DNA from: Candidatus Latescibacterota bacterium
GTDB lineage: Bacteria > Latescibacterota > UBA2968
Assembly: GCA_965116885.1 (NCBI GenBank)
Contig: OZ220741.1
Location: forward strand, 4,864,001 to 4,928,000
DNA length: 64,000 nucleotides
Reading direction: 5' to 3'
Shown: in pieces, positions 23,488 through 34,624 of the stretch
Numbering within the stretch: the stretch's first letter is position 1
Layout of the letters: each line of letters starts with the position of its first letter
Program-made: the position numbers and the translations under genes
Notes under the pieces: model-generated
Told to the model about the DNA's origin: nothing
The model's database searches: none
The model's input: only the letters and a program-made list of their open reading frames with translations

Positions 23488-24293
23488 ATGTCGAAGATTG
23501 GTATCAGGGCATCCCGATCTCCAAGCAGATGTCCGTGCAAAGCGAGCCACGCCTTGAGAAAAGTTGCCATCGCTTGCTCGATATAATAGCAGAATACGAT
23601 GTTCGCGGCACATTCTTTATTCTGGGACCAGTAGCACAGCAGTATCCCGACTTAATACGTCGCATAGCCGATGAAGGTCACGAACTGGGATGCCACGGTT
23701 GGTCTCACGATCTGATCTATGAAATGACGCCCGAGCAATTTCGAGAAGAAACACAGCGGGCTACTGCTGTGATCTCCAATATAGCGGCACAACCCGTAAC
23801 CGCCTATCGCGCGGCCTATTTCTCCATTACAGCGCGATCATTGTGGGCTCTGGATATTTTGGCAGAACTCGGCTTTCAGCATGATTCGAGTATTTTTCCA
23901 GTGCATAACTGGCGTTATGGGATTCCCGATTTTGATTTGGCTCCCCGTATTGTAAAAACTGCCTCAGGATCAATTTGCGAAATTCCAATATCTGTGCGCG
24001 AAGTGGGAAAAATGAGATTGCCCGTAACCGGAGGCGCGTATTTCAGGCTATACCCCTATTTTGTGAGCCGCGCAAATATGCGAGCCGTGAGCAAAAAACA
24101 GCGGGCTGTAGTCTTTTATCTGCATCCGTGGGAACTCGACCCCGATCATCCACGGATTGCATTTTACTGGAAGGCGCGTTTGACGCACTACGCCAATTTG
24201 AAAGCAACAGAGCCTCGATTGCGGCGATTATTGACCGATTTCTCTTTTTGTCCGCTGCGCGAAATTGCAATGCAAATAAGAAAAGATAAATGA
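23466..24293 (+). CDS. Polysaccharide deacetylase (DUF3473-containing type)
   Basis: FTVDVEDWY, TFFILG, HELGCHGWSH, GGAYFRLYP, FYLHPWELDP. Confidence 0.92.
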   Translation: MRHAFTVDVEDWYQGIPISKQMSVQSEPRLEKSCHRLLDIIAEYDVRGTFFILGPVAQQYPDLIRRIADEGHELGCHGWSHDLIYEMTPEQFREETQRATAVISNIAAQPVTAYRAAYFSITARSLWALDILAELGFQHDSSIFPVHNWRYGIPDFDLAPRIVKTASGSICEIPISVREVGKMRLPVTGGAYFRLYPYFVSRANMRAVSKKQRAVVFYLHPWELDPDHPRIAFYWKARLTHYANLKATEPRLRRLLTDFSFCPLREIAMQIRKDK

Positions 24294-24473
24294 GGTCATC
24301 GGAACCCATCTGCGAGCGGCATGTTTCGCTTTAGGTTTCTGATTGCCTTTAAGCATTCGAGACCTTATATTTAGATGTTTTTGGGTGGGGACTGTGTCCT
24401 GGGATGTATAAAGAGTGGGGATTGTATTTGTCGGAAGATATGCCCTGCTCGGCAATGGGAAAGGAATGAATAC

Positions 24474-25448
24474 ATGAGGTTTTTGGTTACGGGCGGTGCG
24501 GGTTTTATTGGCTCACATCTGGCCGAACGGCTTTTGAAACAAGACCACGAAGTTTATGTTTTAGACGATCTTTCAACCGGAGATCTGGACAATGTGCGGC
24601 ACCTCGAAGGGAATCCGCGGTTTCAAATGAAAGTGGGTACAGTGCTCGATCCAGAGACACTCAGACCCTTAGTCGAGTGGAGCGATGTCATTTATCATCT
24701 CGCGGCGGCTGTGGGGGTGAATTACGTCATCAACCACCCATTGCAGTCTTTGACCACAAATATCCGGGGCACCGAACTCCTGTTGGAATTGGCAAACAAA
24801 AGGAAGAAACGAGTACTTTTGGCATCGACTTCAGAGGTTGCGGGAAAGAAAAACGGCAAAGCGACATTTAGTGAAGACGACGACCGCTTGTTGGGACCAA
24901 CAACCGTTGCACGATGGAATTATTCAACCTCTAAAGCCGTTGGTGAAATGCTGGGATTGGCTTATTGGCGAGAAAAAAAATTGCCTGTAATCATGGTGCG
25001 ATTTTTCAATGTGATTGGTCCCCGGCAAAGCCCAGAATACGGCATGGTAGTGCCCCGATTTATCAAGCAGGCATTGTTGGGACATCCCATTACTGTATAT
25101 AACGATGGCGAACAACGGCGGTGTTTTACCGATATAGAAGATGCTTTAGATGGATTGACGGCATTGATGGAAAACGACCAAACGCCGGGTGAAATTTTCA
25201 ATTTGGGCGGTAATCACGAGACCAATGAGATTTGTATCAAGGGCCTCGCTGAAAAAATTAAAGTGCTGACGGAAAGTGATTCACCCATTGAATTTGTGCC
25301 TTATGAGAAGGCATTTGCAAAGGGTTCTTACGAAGATCTCAATTATCGCGTTCCCGATTTGACCAAGATCAAAAAATTAACGGGTTATAATCCCACAATC
25401 AGTTTGGATACCACATTGCGGCGCATTATTGAATACTACGAATCGTGA
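24474..25448 (+). CDS. NAD-dependent nucleotide-sugar epimerase/dehydratase
   Basis: VTGGAGFIGSH, HLAAAVG, YSTSK (YxxxK), RFFNVIGPRQ. Confidence 0.93.
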   Translation: MRFLVTGGAGFIGSHLAERLLKQDHEVYVLDDLSTGDLDNVRHLEGNPRFQMKVGTVLDPETLRPLVEWSDVIYHLAAAVGVNYVINHPLQSLTTNIRGTELLLELANKRKKRVLLASTSEVAGKKNGKATFSEDDDRLLGPTTVARWNYSTSKAVGEMLGLAYWREKKLPVIMVRFFNVIGPRQSPEYGMVVPRFIKQALLGHPITVYNDGEQRRCFTDIEDALDGLTALMENDQTPGEIFNLGGNHETNEICIKGLAEKIKVLTESDSPIEFVPYEKAFAKGSYEDLNYRVPDLTKIKKLTGYNPTISLDTTLRRIIEYYES

Positions 25449-25518
25449 TATCCGCTTTATTTTTATGATAATCGGCGTTTGCATTGCCCATCGGGAAGTG
25501 TAAACGCCAATTTTTGTT

Positions 25519-26667
25519 ATGAACCGACGCCCCAAAATACTCCATACCATGACCTGGCTTGCACCCGGTGGCGGCGCAGACCGAAATGTGTATCTTTCAA
25601 TGAAAGACATGCGAAAGGATTACGAGATTCACCTCGCCGTTGGGCAGCAAATCGAGCGGGACGATCTGTTAAAACTACACGGAGTAGCCACGCATATATG
25701 CCCATATTTAGACCGGGAAATCAGACCCTGGCGCGATTTTCGAGCACTGCTGTGGTTTATGCGATTGATTCGCCGCGAGCGATTTGATCTGGTTCACACC
25801 CATGAAAGCAAAGCGAGTTTGCTCGGACGCCTCGCCGCGCGATTGGTCGGCTGCAAACATATCATCTACGGGCTTCACGGTGTGGTGTTTAACGATCCGG
25901 GTAGTTATATCAAACGGCAATTCTACATCGCACTGGAAAAAATGACGATATGGGCTTGCGATTTGATCATAGCCGTTGGTCGAGACACAGTTCGGCACTA
26001 TCATCGGGAAAATATCGGTCGCAAAATTCCCCATCAGATCGTTTACAGCGGCATCGATGTTACGGAATTTGAAAGGCGTCTGGACAACGCAAAAAAAGAC
26101 GCATTTCGGCGCGACATAGGCATTCCCGACAACGCGCCCGTACTCGTCAATATCGGCCGTTTTTCACCTGCCAAGGCACAGCATTATACGATTGAGGCAT
26201 TTGCCAGATTGCAATGTCCCGAAGCCAGATTGTTATTGGTAGGTGAAGGCCCCGAACGCGTGGCTTGTGAGCGGCTTTGTGCCGAGTTGGAAATTGAAGA
26301 CCGTGTCATTTTTGCGGGATTCTTCCAGGATATTACACCTGCGTATGCGGTTGCCTCTGTGCATGTCCTATCCTCTTTGCGCGAGGGCTTGTCCGGCGTT
26401 GCTGTAGAGGCATCCCTCTCGCGAGTGCCCACAGTATCGTTCGAAGTCGAAGGCATACGAGAGGTTGTAACACATGGGCACTCGGGTTTTGTCGTACCAC
26501 AAGGCGATATCAAAGCGATGGCGACGTATTTAAAAAAACTGATCGGAGACTCTCAGATGTGTCACACATTTGGAGAACGCGCATACCAGCACGCGATTGC
26601 GCGATGGGATCACCGCGTTATGGTGAAAAAATTGGATGCAATTTATCGACAAAGGCTCAAAAGATGA
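25519..26667 (+). CDS. Glycosyltransferase family 4
   Basis: GGGADR, VHTHESKA, IGRFSPAK, SLREGLSGVAVEA. Confidence 0.92.
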   Translation: MNRRPKILHTMTWLAPGGGADRNVYLSMKDMRKDYEIHLAVGQQIERDDLLKLHGVATHICPYLDREIRPWRDFRALLWFMRLIRRERFDLVHTHESKASLLGRLAARLVGCKHIIYGLHGVVFNDPGSYIKRQFYIALEKMTIWACDLIIAVGRDTVRHYHRENIGRKIPHQIVYSGIDVTEFERRLDNAKKDAFRRDIGIPDNAPVLVNIGRFSPAKAQHYTIEAFARLQCPEARLLLVGEGPERVACERLCAELEIEDRVIFAGFFQDITPAYAVASVHVLSSLREGLSGVAVEASLSRVPTVSFEVEGIREVVTHGHSGFVVPQGDIKAMATYLKKLIGDSQMCHTFGERAYQHAIARWDHRVMVKKLDAIYRQRLKR

Positions 26668-27365
26668 AATCGCGCAAAGTGGGGTACGACTGCCCCAGCA
26701 GTTCATCAACGCGAGCTGTCGGGCAGTTTTTTGATATTTATGCAAAAAACTTTGATGCGCTCTACGGGCATACAGGACATCGAGGCGCGCTCGGCAGATG
26801 GGTAGATCGCACATTTCGGCAGGTGATGGTGCGGCGTTTTGAGGAAACGCTTCGGCATACAGAAAAGCCAGTGATCCATTCTGTATTAGACATCGGGTGT
26901 GGCCCCGGACGATATACGACTGCATTTGCTCTTCAGGGGAAAGAAGTCGTGGGGGTAGATATTGCCAAAGAAATGCTAAAAATCGCACAGGACAATATCG
27001 ACGCGCTCAATGTGACAGCAGACCTCATTCTGGGCGATTATCTATCTATTCGTTTTGATCGGGTATTTGACGCGGCGTGTTTGATGGGGTTTTTTGATTA
27101 TATTGAAGACCCCGTACCGGTTTTGAAAAAATTGGCAGCAGAAGTGACGGGCGAGTTCTACGCGAGCTTTCCAAAATCGGGCGGTATTTTGGCGTGGCAG
27201 CGGCATATCCGATACCGCCTGCGAAGATGTCCGCTGTGGTTATACAGCAAACGAGATGTTGAAGACGCACTAATTGCAAGCGGCTTTGCCGGATGCTACA
27301 AAATTCGAGATTTTGGACGCGATTGGTATGTGGTCGTCCAAATACAGAGCACAACCGACATCTAA
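26664..27365 (+). CDS. Class I SAM-dependent methyltransferase
   Basis: VLDIGCGPG, VGVDIA; ATGA overlap with the upstream stop. Confidence 0.88.
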   Translation: MKSRKVGYDCPSSSSTRAVGQFFDIYAKNFDALYGHTGHRGALGRWVDRTFRQVMVRRFEETLRHTEKPVIHSVLDIGCGPGRYTTAFALQGKEVVGVDIAKEMLKIAQDNIDALNVTADLILGDYLSIRFDRVFDAACLMGFFDYIEDPVPVLKKLAAEVTGEFYASFPKSGGILAWQRHIRYRLRRCPLWLYSKRDVEDALIASGFAGCYKIRDFGRDWYVVVQIQSTTDI

Positions 27366-27396
27366 CTCGTGAAAGACCTGAGCCAGTTTTTTTCTT

Positions 27397-28920
27397 ATGT
27401 CAAAAGGTCTCACATTTTTTAAATTATACGCCATGGCGGCCTTTGCAATACTAACCTGGATCGCTTCGGGCATATCATTATTAGACGATGATTGGGGCCA
27501 TCTCAAATTGGCGTCCAAAGGCGTTGTCTCCGCTTTGACAACCGGATGGGAGGGCCTGATTGGACAAGGGGGATATTATCGCCCGGCAGTTGTTTTATCG
27601 TTTTATCTGGACTATTTAATCGGCGGTTACGCGCCCGCGATTTATCACATCCACAATATTTTGATTCACGCGGGATGCGCGTATCTCGTTTTTTTATTTG
27701 CGCGATGCCTCTCCATAGACTCCTCGGTGGCCTGGGGCGCCGCGCTTTTGTTTTTTGTGCTACCCATTCACACCGATTCCATTTTCTGGATTGTTGGGCG
27801 CACGGATCTCTTGTGTGCGTTATTTTATCTAAGCGCATTAATTTTATTTTTTAAATATATGCAACGCGGTTCCACCGGCGCGCTATTGGGGCTTGCCGCT
27901 TGTAGTGCACTCGCTTTTTTGTCCAAAGAAATGGCCATTTCCCTACCCATCGCACTCGCTGCCCTGGTCGCGTATCGCAAAGCCTGGAAAACAGTACAGG
28001 CGCAGCGCGGATTGGCGGTTGTCTGTATCGTATTGCTGGTGTATTTTGGCGTCCGATGGGTCGTGCTGGGCAGCGTATTGGGAGGAACACCCCGCGTATC
28101 AATTATAGATTGGGCACGCGACGGCGTAAAAGCAGTGGCAAAATTTGGGATGAGTGATATCTGGTGGCTGGGCATTGCGCTGGTGGTCGGAAGTGCTGGG
28201 ATTTTTATTTATCAATATGGTCGCGGCATCTCACACAAATTTTGTCGCCCATTCGCCTTGGTCTTCCTCCTCGGCGCGAGCCTCGCCCCGACATTGGGAC
28301 ATTTGCACAACTGGTATTTATATTTGCCCTCAGCCTTCTTTTGTCTGGGTATCTCTACTATCTGGCTAAATAAAAAACAGCCGATTCTCTGCTATCTCTT
28401 CGCCGTTCTAATCCTGTATTACGGAGTGGTGATCGGACGCGAGGGCTTTTTCTGGCGCGAGGCTTCGCAAATAAGTGAAAATGTGATTGCCAATTTGATG
28501 CCCCACGCGCGGGCAACCACCGGCACATTATTCGTCTGCAACGTACCCTCGGCGTGGACCCCTTCTGGCGCATTCAGCGGTAAACCGCTATTTGCTTATG
28601 CACTCCAAAATGCACTTGCCATGCGCTCACCCCAATCATTGCAAGCTGAAATTGCAATGGTGAATCACGTCTGGCTGACAGGTGATTTTGCGTATCGCAT
28701 TCACAGGACAAATACGGGGTTTGATCTGGCGATTGCAAAAGGCGGCTTCTTTTCGTTTCACAGCAAGGGACAGGGACAAACACCGCCTTTTGCCATTGAC
28801 CAGATGTGGGGCCGCGTAACGGTACACGCAACCGATTCTCTCTCAATCGCGCTGAATATGCAACCGGGGGATCGCGTGGTAATTTACAACAAAGGTGAAT
28901 TTGAGAAATTGTGGCCATAA
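27397..28920 (+). CDS. Polytopic membrane protein, GT-C/TMTC-like glycosyltransferase
   Basis: LLDDDWGH loop, YYRP, YHIHNILIH, PIHTDSIFWIVGRTDL, LSKE; many TM helices. Confidence 0.75.
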   Translation: MSKGLTFFKLYAMAAFAILTWIASGISLLDDDWGHLKLASKGVVSALTTGWEGLIGQGGYYRPAVVLSFYLDYLIGGYAPAIYHIHNILIHAGCAYLVFLFARCLSIDSSVAWGAALLFFVLPIHTDSIFWIVGRTDLLCALFYLSALILFFKYMQRGSTGALLGLAACSALAFLSKEMAISLPIALAALVAYRKAWKTVQAQRGLAVVCIVLLVYFGVRWVVLGSVLGGTPRVSIIDWARDGVKAVAKFGMSDIWWLGIALVVGSAGIFIYQYGRGISHKFCRPFALVFLLGASLAPTLGHLHNWYLYLPSAFFCLGISTIWLNKKQPILCYLFAVLILYYGVVIGREGFFWREASQISENVIANLMPHARATTGTLFVCNVPSAWTPSGAFSGKPLFAYALQNALAMRSPQSLQAEIAMVNHVWLTGDFAYRIHRTNTGFDLAIAKGGFFSFHSKGQGQTPPFAIDQMWGRVTVHATDSLSIALNMQPGDRVVIYNKGEFEKLWP

Positions 28921-28933
28921 AAAAGGTACGATC

Positions 28934-31900
28934 GTGAAAGTTTTCTGGCATAGCATCCCTGCAATCACTTTGCTAATCGCGACGAGCATCGCACACGCGG
29001 GAGACGTGCGCGTGGTGGCAACGGGAGAAAACTGGGTGGAAATTGTAGTGGGTACATCCGACTTAGTCGTCACCTCAGAGTCTCCTTATGATCGCATAGA
29101 CGTACCGGGATGGATGTGGTTGCACCAACCAGGGGCGCCTGCAGTACCCGTGCGCGGAGCAACATTGGGCATGCCTTATGGTTCGCGTGCGGTCGTTCAA
29201 GTGCTCGATGCAGACTATGAGGAAATCGAAGGCCTGGATCTAATGCCAGTGCCACAGATGCAGTTGTTGGGATCTGAACAACATCCATTTTCGAGATCGG
29301 CCTACCTGAAGGACGAAACAATTTACGACACACCGGGATTTTATCCTGGTGCAGAAGCCGTTATCGCGCACACAGGCGTCTTGCGCGATCAACAAATCGC
29401 GATTCTGTCATTGCGTCCAGTTCAATACGACCCCGTTCAGCGCAGGATTCGGATTGCGCGACAATTGCGGGTGCGCGTGTTATTTGTCGCGGATGAAACG
29501 CGCCCCCCTATTCGCCTTTTGAGAGACGCGGACGATTTTGAGCCCATCTATCAAAAGGGGCTGCTCAATCCCGAACAGGCGCGCTTTTGGCGCGGGCGAC
29601 GCATTCGCGCGACAAAACGCGTCCAGGATTGGTACGATCCCACGACCACGTACTACAAGATCAGAATTTTTGAAGATGGCCTCTACCGATTGGATGCGCG
29701 CTGGTTCTCCGAATCCGGCATTGTATTGGCACCGGGAGATTTGGATCGGTTGCAGATATTTTTAGACGGGGATGAAATCCCGCTACTCGTTGAAGATGGA
29801 GGAGATGGCGTATTAGATGAGGGCGATGGGGTGATGTTTTGGGGGGCATTTCGGCGCGCGCCAGATAGAGATTTTGAAAGCGAGTACGGCAAAGAGCGCG
29901 TCTATTTCCTGCGTATTGGTCGAGAATCTGGCACGCGATATAAACCAGCAGAAGACACGCCTACCGCCGACGCAGTCTCCACGCATTTTTTGTCGCGCAA
30001 ACACGTTGAAATCGATTCGATCTACGAAGCTCTGGGACATGCGCGAAATGCCGATCGCGATCACTGGTTCTGGCGGCGCACTGCATCTCCGTCGCGCCCG
30101 GGCGATATGCCCACAGACGTCGTAATGCCCGTGCCTTTGCCGGGGCTGGTGCGCGAATCAGGTAGCAATGCACAAATTCGTCTGGGCATGCATTCGTTGA
30201 CCCTGAACCAGAACATAAACCCCGATCACTACGCAGTCATACAAATTCAGGATGGCCCGCTCATCGCAGAAGAACGCTGGGATGGACAGGAAGCCCATAT
30301 CGCGACGGGCACAGTACCTGTATCGGCATTGTCAGATACCACATACGTGGTATTGCGAACGCCTGGCGATCCCTCGTTTCCACTTGAACCGGTTCCCTAC
30401 GTCGATCACGTGTATTTCAACTGGGTAGAGATTACCTATCCACGACGCTTTGAGGCCATAGATGGTATGCTGCGTTTTAATCCGGGCATTGTGCTTTCAC
30501 CGCGCGCGATTTCAATTCCCAATCTTGAACACGAACGGGCTATAGTCTTGAATTTGGACAAGAACAAGATCATCGGCACGGTGCGAGATGGCGAGGGAAT
30601 TCGATTTGAGATTGCTGAAGGCGGCAATTTTGTCGCAGTAGATGAAACATCGATAAAAACACCCGAACTCGCAAAACCTGATACACCTTATGATTTGCGC
30701 GGATACTCTGGCGCAGATTACGTGATTATCGCAGGTGCGGATTTTATGGATGCTGCCGAGCGTCTGGTTGCACATCGGCAAGCACAGGGATTATCCACAC
30801 TGGTAGTCGATATAGCCGATGTTTATGACGAGTTTTCCTTTGGACAAGTCGATGCCGAGGCCATTCGCCGTTTTGTACAATACGGATTTCACACCTGGAC
30901 AAAACGTCCCGTGTACGTCTTATTGCTCGGGGAATTCAGCTTTGATTATCGCAATTTATTTGGACAAACCCGGATTGCGCGCCACAACCTCGTACCGAGC
31001 ATGCCCTTTCAATCTCCCAACCGCGGTCTGGCATTTACCGATGAGTTTTTTGGGCGGGTGGATGATGGTTTATTTATGGATGTATTTGTGGGGCGATTTT
31101 CCGTGCGACGCGCATCGCAGGCCAATACAGTTGTGCAAAAAGTAATCGCTTATGACGAAACACCGTCGGCGCAATGGCGCAATCGCATTTTGCTAATGGC
31201 AAATTGGGATCCACAGGGAGGGACGTACAAATTTATCGCGCCGAGTGATACGCTGGCAACAATTACGCACGCTATCGGGCTGGAGAATTTCAAGGTATAT
31301 CACGACGCAGATACACCGCCCGAGCCCAATGCCTCATCCCGCGAAGTTATTCGGCAGATCAATGAGGGGCGTCTGATTGTGAATTTTATGGGACATGGCA
31401 GTGCCTCATCGATGTCCAAATTTATTGCCGGAACATTTCAGCAAGGGGCATTCAATTACCTGAGCCAAATACGAAACCGCGAACGCCTACCCCTATTTAT
31501 CGGAATGTCGTGTCTAAATGGTTTGTATTGGGACCCGCGCATCATAAGTTTAGCCGAAGAAATGACCAACAAACACGATGGCGGCGCAATAGCGTACATA
31601 TCTGCATCTTCCCTCTCTTTTATTCGCATTAACAACCAGCTCAACACCGCGCTATTCCGACATATACTCGAAGATGGCGTACTGGCTTTTGGGCACAGTC
31701 TCGCTCTGGGCAAAATGACCGAACTCGCCGCTCTCCCTTCGAGTGAATTGGGATTGGTGGGGATGAACCTGATCGGCGATCCCGCACAACAAATCGCAGT
31801 GCCGCAAAGCCCGGATTTTGTACTTGGCGATGCTGCGTTGCAGTTAGACCAGCAGGGGGAACTGACTACGGCGGACTCGGTTCGGGTGACACTCCGCGTA

Positions 31901-34612
31901 GATAATTGGGGTATTCTGCCCAAACGCAGCGTGGATATCGTCCTGATTGACCGCAACCTAAATTCCGCCGTGGTCGATACCCTATTCATGGCGGCTTTAT
32001 CGCCTTTTGGAACACGCGACAGCGTGACAGTACTCTGGCGTCTCAAAAATCGCCCTGGACGCCATATATTAGAAGCGATAGCCGACCCCGCCAATGCGAT
32101 TGTAGAAGGCGATGAAACAAATAATCGGACAGCAGTAGAAATCGATGTCTTAGGCGCGTTGTCGGCTGTACAGCTCTTGCCATGGCCGAGTCAGACCGTC
32201 GCAAATGCCCAGACGGTATTGGGCGTGCGGTCTGGGGAAGGCTTGTTCCATCTAACGGGCGAATTTGAGCTGAATAGATCTGGCGACTTTCAAGACCCCG
32301 CAACAATACGCTCGGGCAGCGTGGGCGCCGCTGAAGGCATTATTTTTTGGCGTCCGACGGGTTTGCGCGCGGGGGCTTATTTTTGGCGCGCCCGATTATC
32401 CGATGGACAGACAACGGGACCCTGGTCCGATGTCCGACATTTTGTGGTGACATCCTCTGTACCAGAACGGCAAGTGGTGTGGCAGCAAGACGGTACGATT
32501 GCATTATCGCGCGGCACTGGCGAAGATGTCGTGTTATCTGATGACGGTTCCGTTGGACGCACTATGTCTCCACTACCGATCCGATTCAATAATGCCGAGG
32601 CTTCTTTTTTAAGCGAAGGAGTAACAGGTGCAGCCGTTTTGTGTACGGACGGAACATACCTGTATGTGAAGCGATTCTATACACCTCAAGACCGGTATCC
32701 AGGCAGTGATTTGTTCGCGCGCATTGGCACGGGATTCAATGGCACGGTAGCAGGTCAGAATTACGGAATCGTGACCGAAACACCTATCCAGAGTATTTCT
32801 GCGACATTTCACAGCGATGGGTTTATCTATGCCGAACACCAAACAGCGCGCTCTGTGCTGCGTATTTCTCCTGTCACCGGGAGAATCGATACTGTTGAAG
32901 TACCCGGCCGCTTGCTGGATTTGTTTCGCGGATTGCCATTTGATGCCCATGCATTGATTACCTCTGACGGCGAGTTTATTTATAACGTATCAGCAGGCGT
33001 CAATGGTGCGCGGCGCAGCGGGTGGAGTGTGCGGATATTTGATCCGGCCAATGCCTGGCGCATCGTGCGACAATTTGCCGTACCACCCACAGAAACGGGA
33101 TTTGGCTATCTGTACACAGATGGCGCGATTGCCGATGGACGGTTTATCTACTTAATCGAATTTGGCACGGGATTGACGCATCGCGTGCGCGTGGTAGATG
33201 CACATACCGGGGCATTTGTCGAAGAATTTGAAAGCGATCAGGCGCAGACAGATATTCTGGGCGGGCAATTTGATTGGGTGAACAACGTGGTGTGGTTGGG
33301 ACAATTGCACGGGGGCATGGTATATCGATATCCGGGGCAGCGCTTGCCCGAGTATGGCACCTTAACATCTGAACCAATTGGACCGGCGAGTGCCTGGCAT
33401 ACGGTAATAACGGCTTTGTCGGGCACGGGCAAAGCCGAAGTGAATTTACTGGGCGAGGTCGATAACAATACTTTTGCTCCATTGGCACAATGGCAAAATT
33501 TATCACCTGGAACACAAAATTTGGACGGTACAGCCGTCCCGCGACTAAAAATTCAGATCAAATTGTACGGAGAGGGATTAAATCCATCTCCCGGTCTGCA
33601 AACCTGGACCACAACATATCAGCCGCTTTCAGATATTGGCCTGAGCAACTTGCGGGCAGAGCCTTTTGAAATAACGGAATTGCAACCCGCGGTCCTCCAT
33701 CTCGATGTGCAAAACCGCGGTCCATTAGACCTGGCTTTGGGCGCGTCTGTTGCCTTTTATAGCGGCTCTCCCACGCTGGGGCGTCTAATAGGGCGCGTAG
33801 CTGTGCCCGAGAATAGTCCACTCGGACAAATAGTCCCCCTGCGCATGGTGTGGCAAACCGCGCAGTGGGCCGGGCAACACATGGTAACGGCTCGTTTGGA
33901 AAATTTTCAAGGACAGCCAATTTTCCCCGGTCGCGAGATAGCACTTACGGAGCCAGTGCGGATTGCACCGAGTTCTGACCGCGATATGCCGACAATTGAA
34001 ATCGCGGCTCTGGATGCCCTCGGCGAAGTGCGACCAGAAGATTATCTGCCCTCTCAACCGACATTTCGCATTTCCATGCGCGATACAGCGGGTATTGATT
34101 TGTCCAGCATCCGCCTATCGATTTCGGGAACAGACGAGGCACAAGAGACTCATTATGAGTCAGAAAAAATAAAAGACCGCGCTGCTACCCCCAGGGCCCT
34201 GTCATTTGTCTATACCCCAGACGCACTTGTCGATGGGCGTTATACGCTCAATGTCGAAGCCTCTGACAGGCTGGGAAATGGTCCTGCAAAAATTGCAATA
34301 TCGTTCCAGGTCTCTTCAATATTGGCGATAGAGAACGCACTGGTCGCGCCCAATCCCGTATCCGATACGGGACATTTTACATTCATCTTATCGCGTCCTT
34401 CAGAAGTCACCGTGCGGATTTACACCCTTGCCGGACGGCTCGTTCAGAGAATTGAAGAGCCATTTGCACGCGCGGGATACAATCAGATTTTTTGGGATGG
34501 ACGAGATGCCGACGGTTATGTGTTGAGCAACAACACGTATTTGTACACCTTGACAGCAGACAATGGCGAATCGCAGGCGCGGGTTAAAGACAAATTGGTT
34601 GTATATCGATAA
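28934..34612 (+). CDS. C25 (gingipain/PorU-like) cysteine peptidase with propeptide, CARDB/Ig domains and C-terminal FlgD-Ig/T9SS-like domain, ~1890 aa
   Basis: ADYVIIA, IADVYDEFSFG, YVLLLGE, VFVGRF, NFMGHGS (His), MSCLNG (Cys), GGAIAYI, NLIGDPA; C-terminal PNP..IYTLAGRLV..WDGRD..YLY. Confidence 0.9.
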   Translation: MKVFWHSIPAITLLIATSIAHAGDVRVVATGENWVEIVVGTSDLVVTSESPYDRIDVPGWMWLHQPGAPAVPVRGATLGMPYGSRAVVQVLDADYEEIEGLDLMPVPQMQLLGSEQHPFSRSAYLKDETIYDTPGFYPGAEAVIAHTGVLRDQQIAILSLRPVQYDPVQRRIRIARQLRVRVLFVADETRPPIRLLRDADDFEPIYQKGLLNPEQARFWRGRRIRATKRVQDWYDPTTTYYKIRIFEDGLYRLDARWFSESGIVLAPGDLDRLQIFLDGDEIPLLVEDGGDGVLDEGDGVMFWGAFRRAPDRDFESEYGKERVYFLRIGRESGTRYKPAEDTPTADAVSTHFLSRKHVEIDSIYEALGHARNADRDHWFWRRTASPSRPGDMPTDVVMPVPLPGLVRESGSNAQIRLGMHSLTLNQNINPDHYAVIQIQDGPLIAEERWDGQEAHIATGTVPVSALSDTTYVVLRTPGDPSFPLEPVPYVDHVYFNWVEITYPRRFEAIDGMLRFNPGIVLSPRAISIPNLEHERAIVLNLDKNKIIGTVRDGEGIRFEIAEGGNFVAVDETSIKTPELAKPDTPYDLRGYSGADYVIIAGADFMDAAERLVAHRQAQGLSTLVVDIADVYDEFSFGQVDAEAIRRFVQYGFHTWTKRPVYVLLLGEFSFDYRNLFGQTRIARHNLVPSMPFQSPNRGLAFTDEFFGRVDDGLFMDVFVGRFSVRRASQANTVVQKVIAYDETPSAQWRNRILLMANWDPQGGTYKFIAPSDTLATITHAIGLENFKVYHDADTPPEPNASSREVIRQINEGRLIVNFMGHGSASSMSKFIAGTFQQGAFNYLSQIRNRERLPLFIGMSCLNGLYWDPRIISLAEEMTNKHDGGAIAYISASSLSFIRINNQLNTALFRHILEDGVLAFGHSLALGKMTELAALPSSELGLVGMNLIGDPAQQIAVPQSPDFVLGDAALQLDQQGELTTADSVRVTLRVDNWGILPKRSVDIVLIDRNLNSAVVDTLFMAALSPFGTRDSVTVLWRLKNRPGRHILEAIADPANAIVEGDETNNRTAVEIDVLGALSAVQLLPWPSQTVANAQTVLGVRSGEGLFHLTGEFELNRSGDFQDPATIRSGSVGAAEGIIFWRPTGLRAGAYFWRARLSDGQTTGPWSDVRHFVVTSSVPERQVVWQQDGTIALSRGTGEDVVLSDDGSVGRTMSPLPIRFNNAEASFLSEGVTGAAVLCTDGTYLYVKRFYTPQDRYPGSDLFARIGTGFNGTVAGQNYGIVTETPIQSISATFHSDGFIYAEHQTARSVLRISPVTGRIDTVEVPGRLLDLFRGLPFDAHALITSDGEFIYNVSAGVNGARRSGWSVRIFDPANAWRIVRQFAVPPTETGFGYLYTDGAIADGRFIYLIEFGTGLTHRVRVVDAHTGAFVEEFESDQAQTDILGGQFDWVNNVVWLGQLHGGMVYRYPGQRLPEYGTLTSEPIGPASAWHTVITALSGTGKAEVNLLGEVDNNTFAPLAQWQNLSPGTQNLDGTAVPRLKIQIKLYGEGLNPSPGLQTWTTTYQPLSDIGLSNLRAEPFEITELQPAVLHLDVQNRGPLDLALGASVAFYSGSPTLGRLIGRVAVPENSPLGQIVPLRMVWQTAQWAGQHMVTARLENFQGQPIFPGREIALTEPVRIAPSSDRDMPTIEIAALDALGEVRPEDYLPSQPTFRISMRDTAGIDLSSIRLSISGTDEAQETHYESEKIKDRAATPRALSFVYTPDALVDGRYTLNVEASDRLGNGPAKIAISFQVSSILAIENALVAPNPVSDTGHFTFILSRPSEVTVRIYTLAGRLVQRIEEPFARAGYNQIFWDGRDADGYVLSNNTYLYTLTADNGESQARVKDKLVVYR

Positions 34613-34624
34613 AGTAAAAAAATC

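Noticed and set aside
24294..24473. 180-nt intergenic gap in the glycan locus as possible ncRNA or leader
   Set aside because: No recognisable riboswitch, ops element or strong structure by eye.
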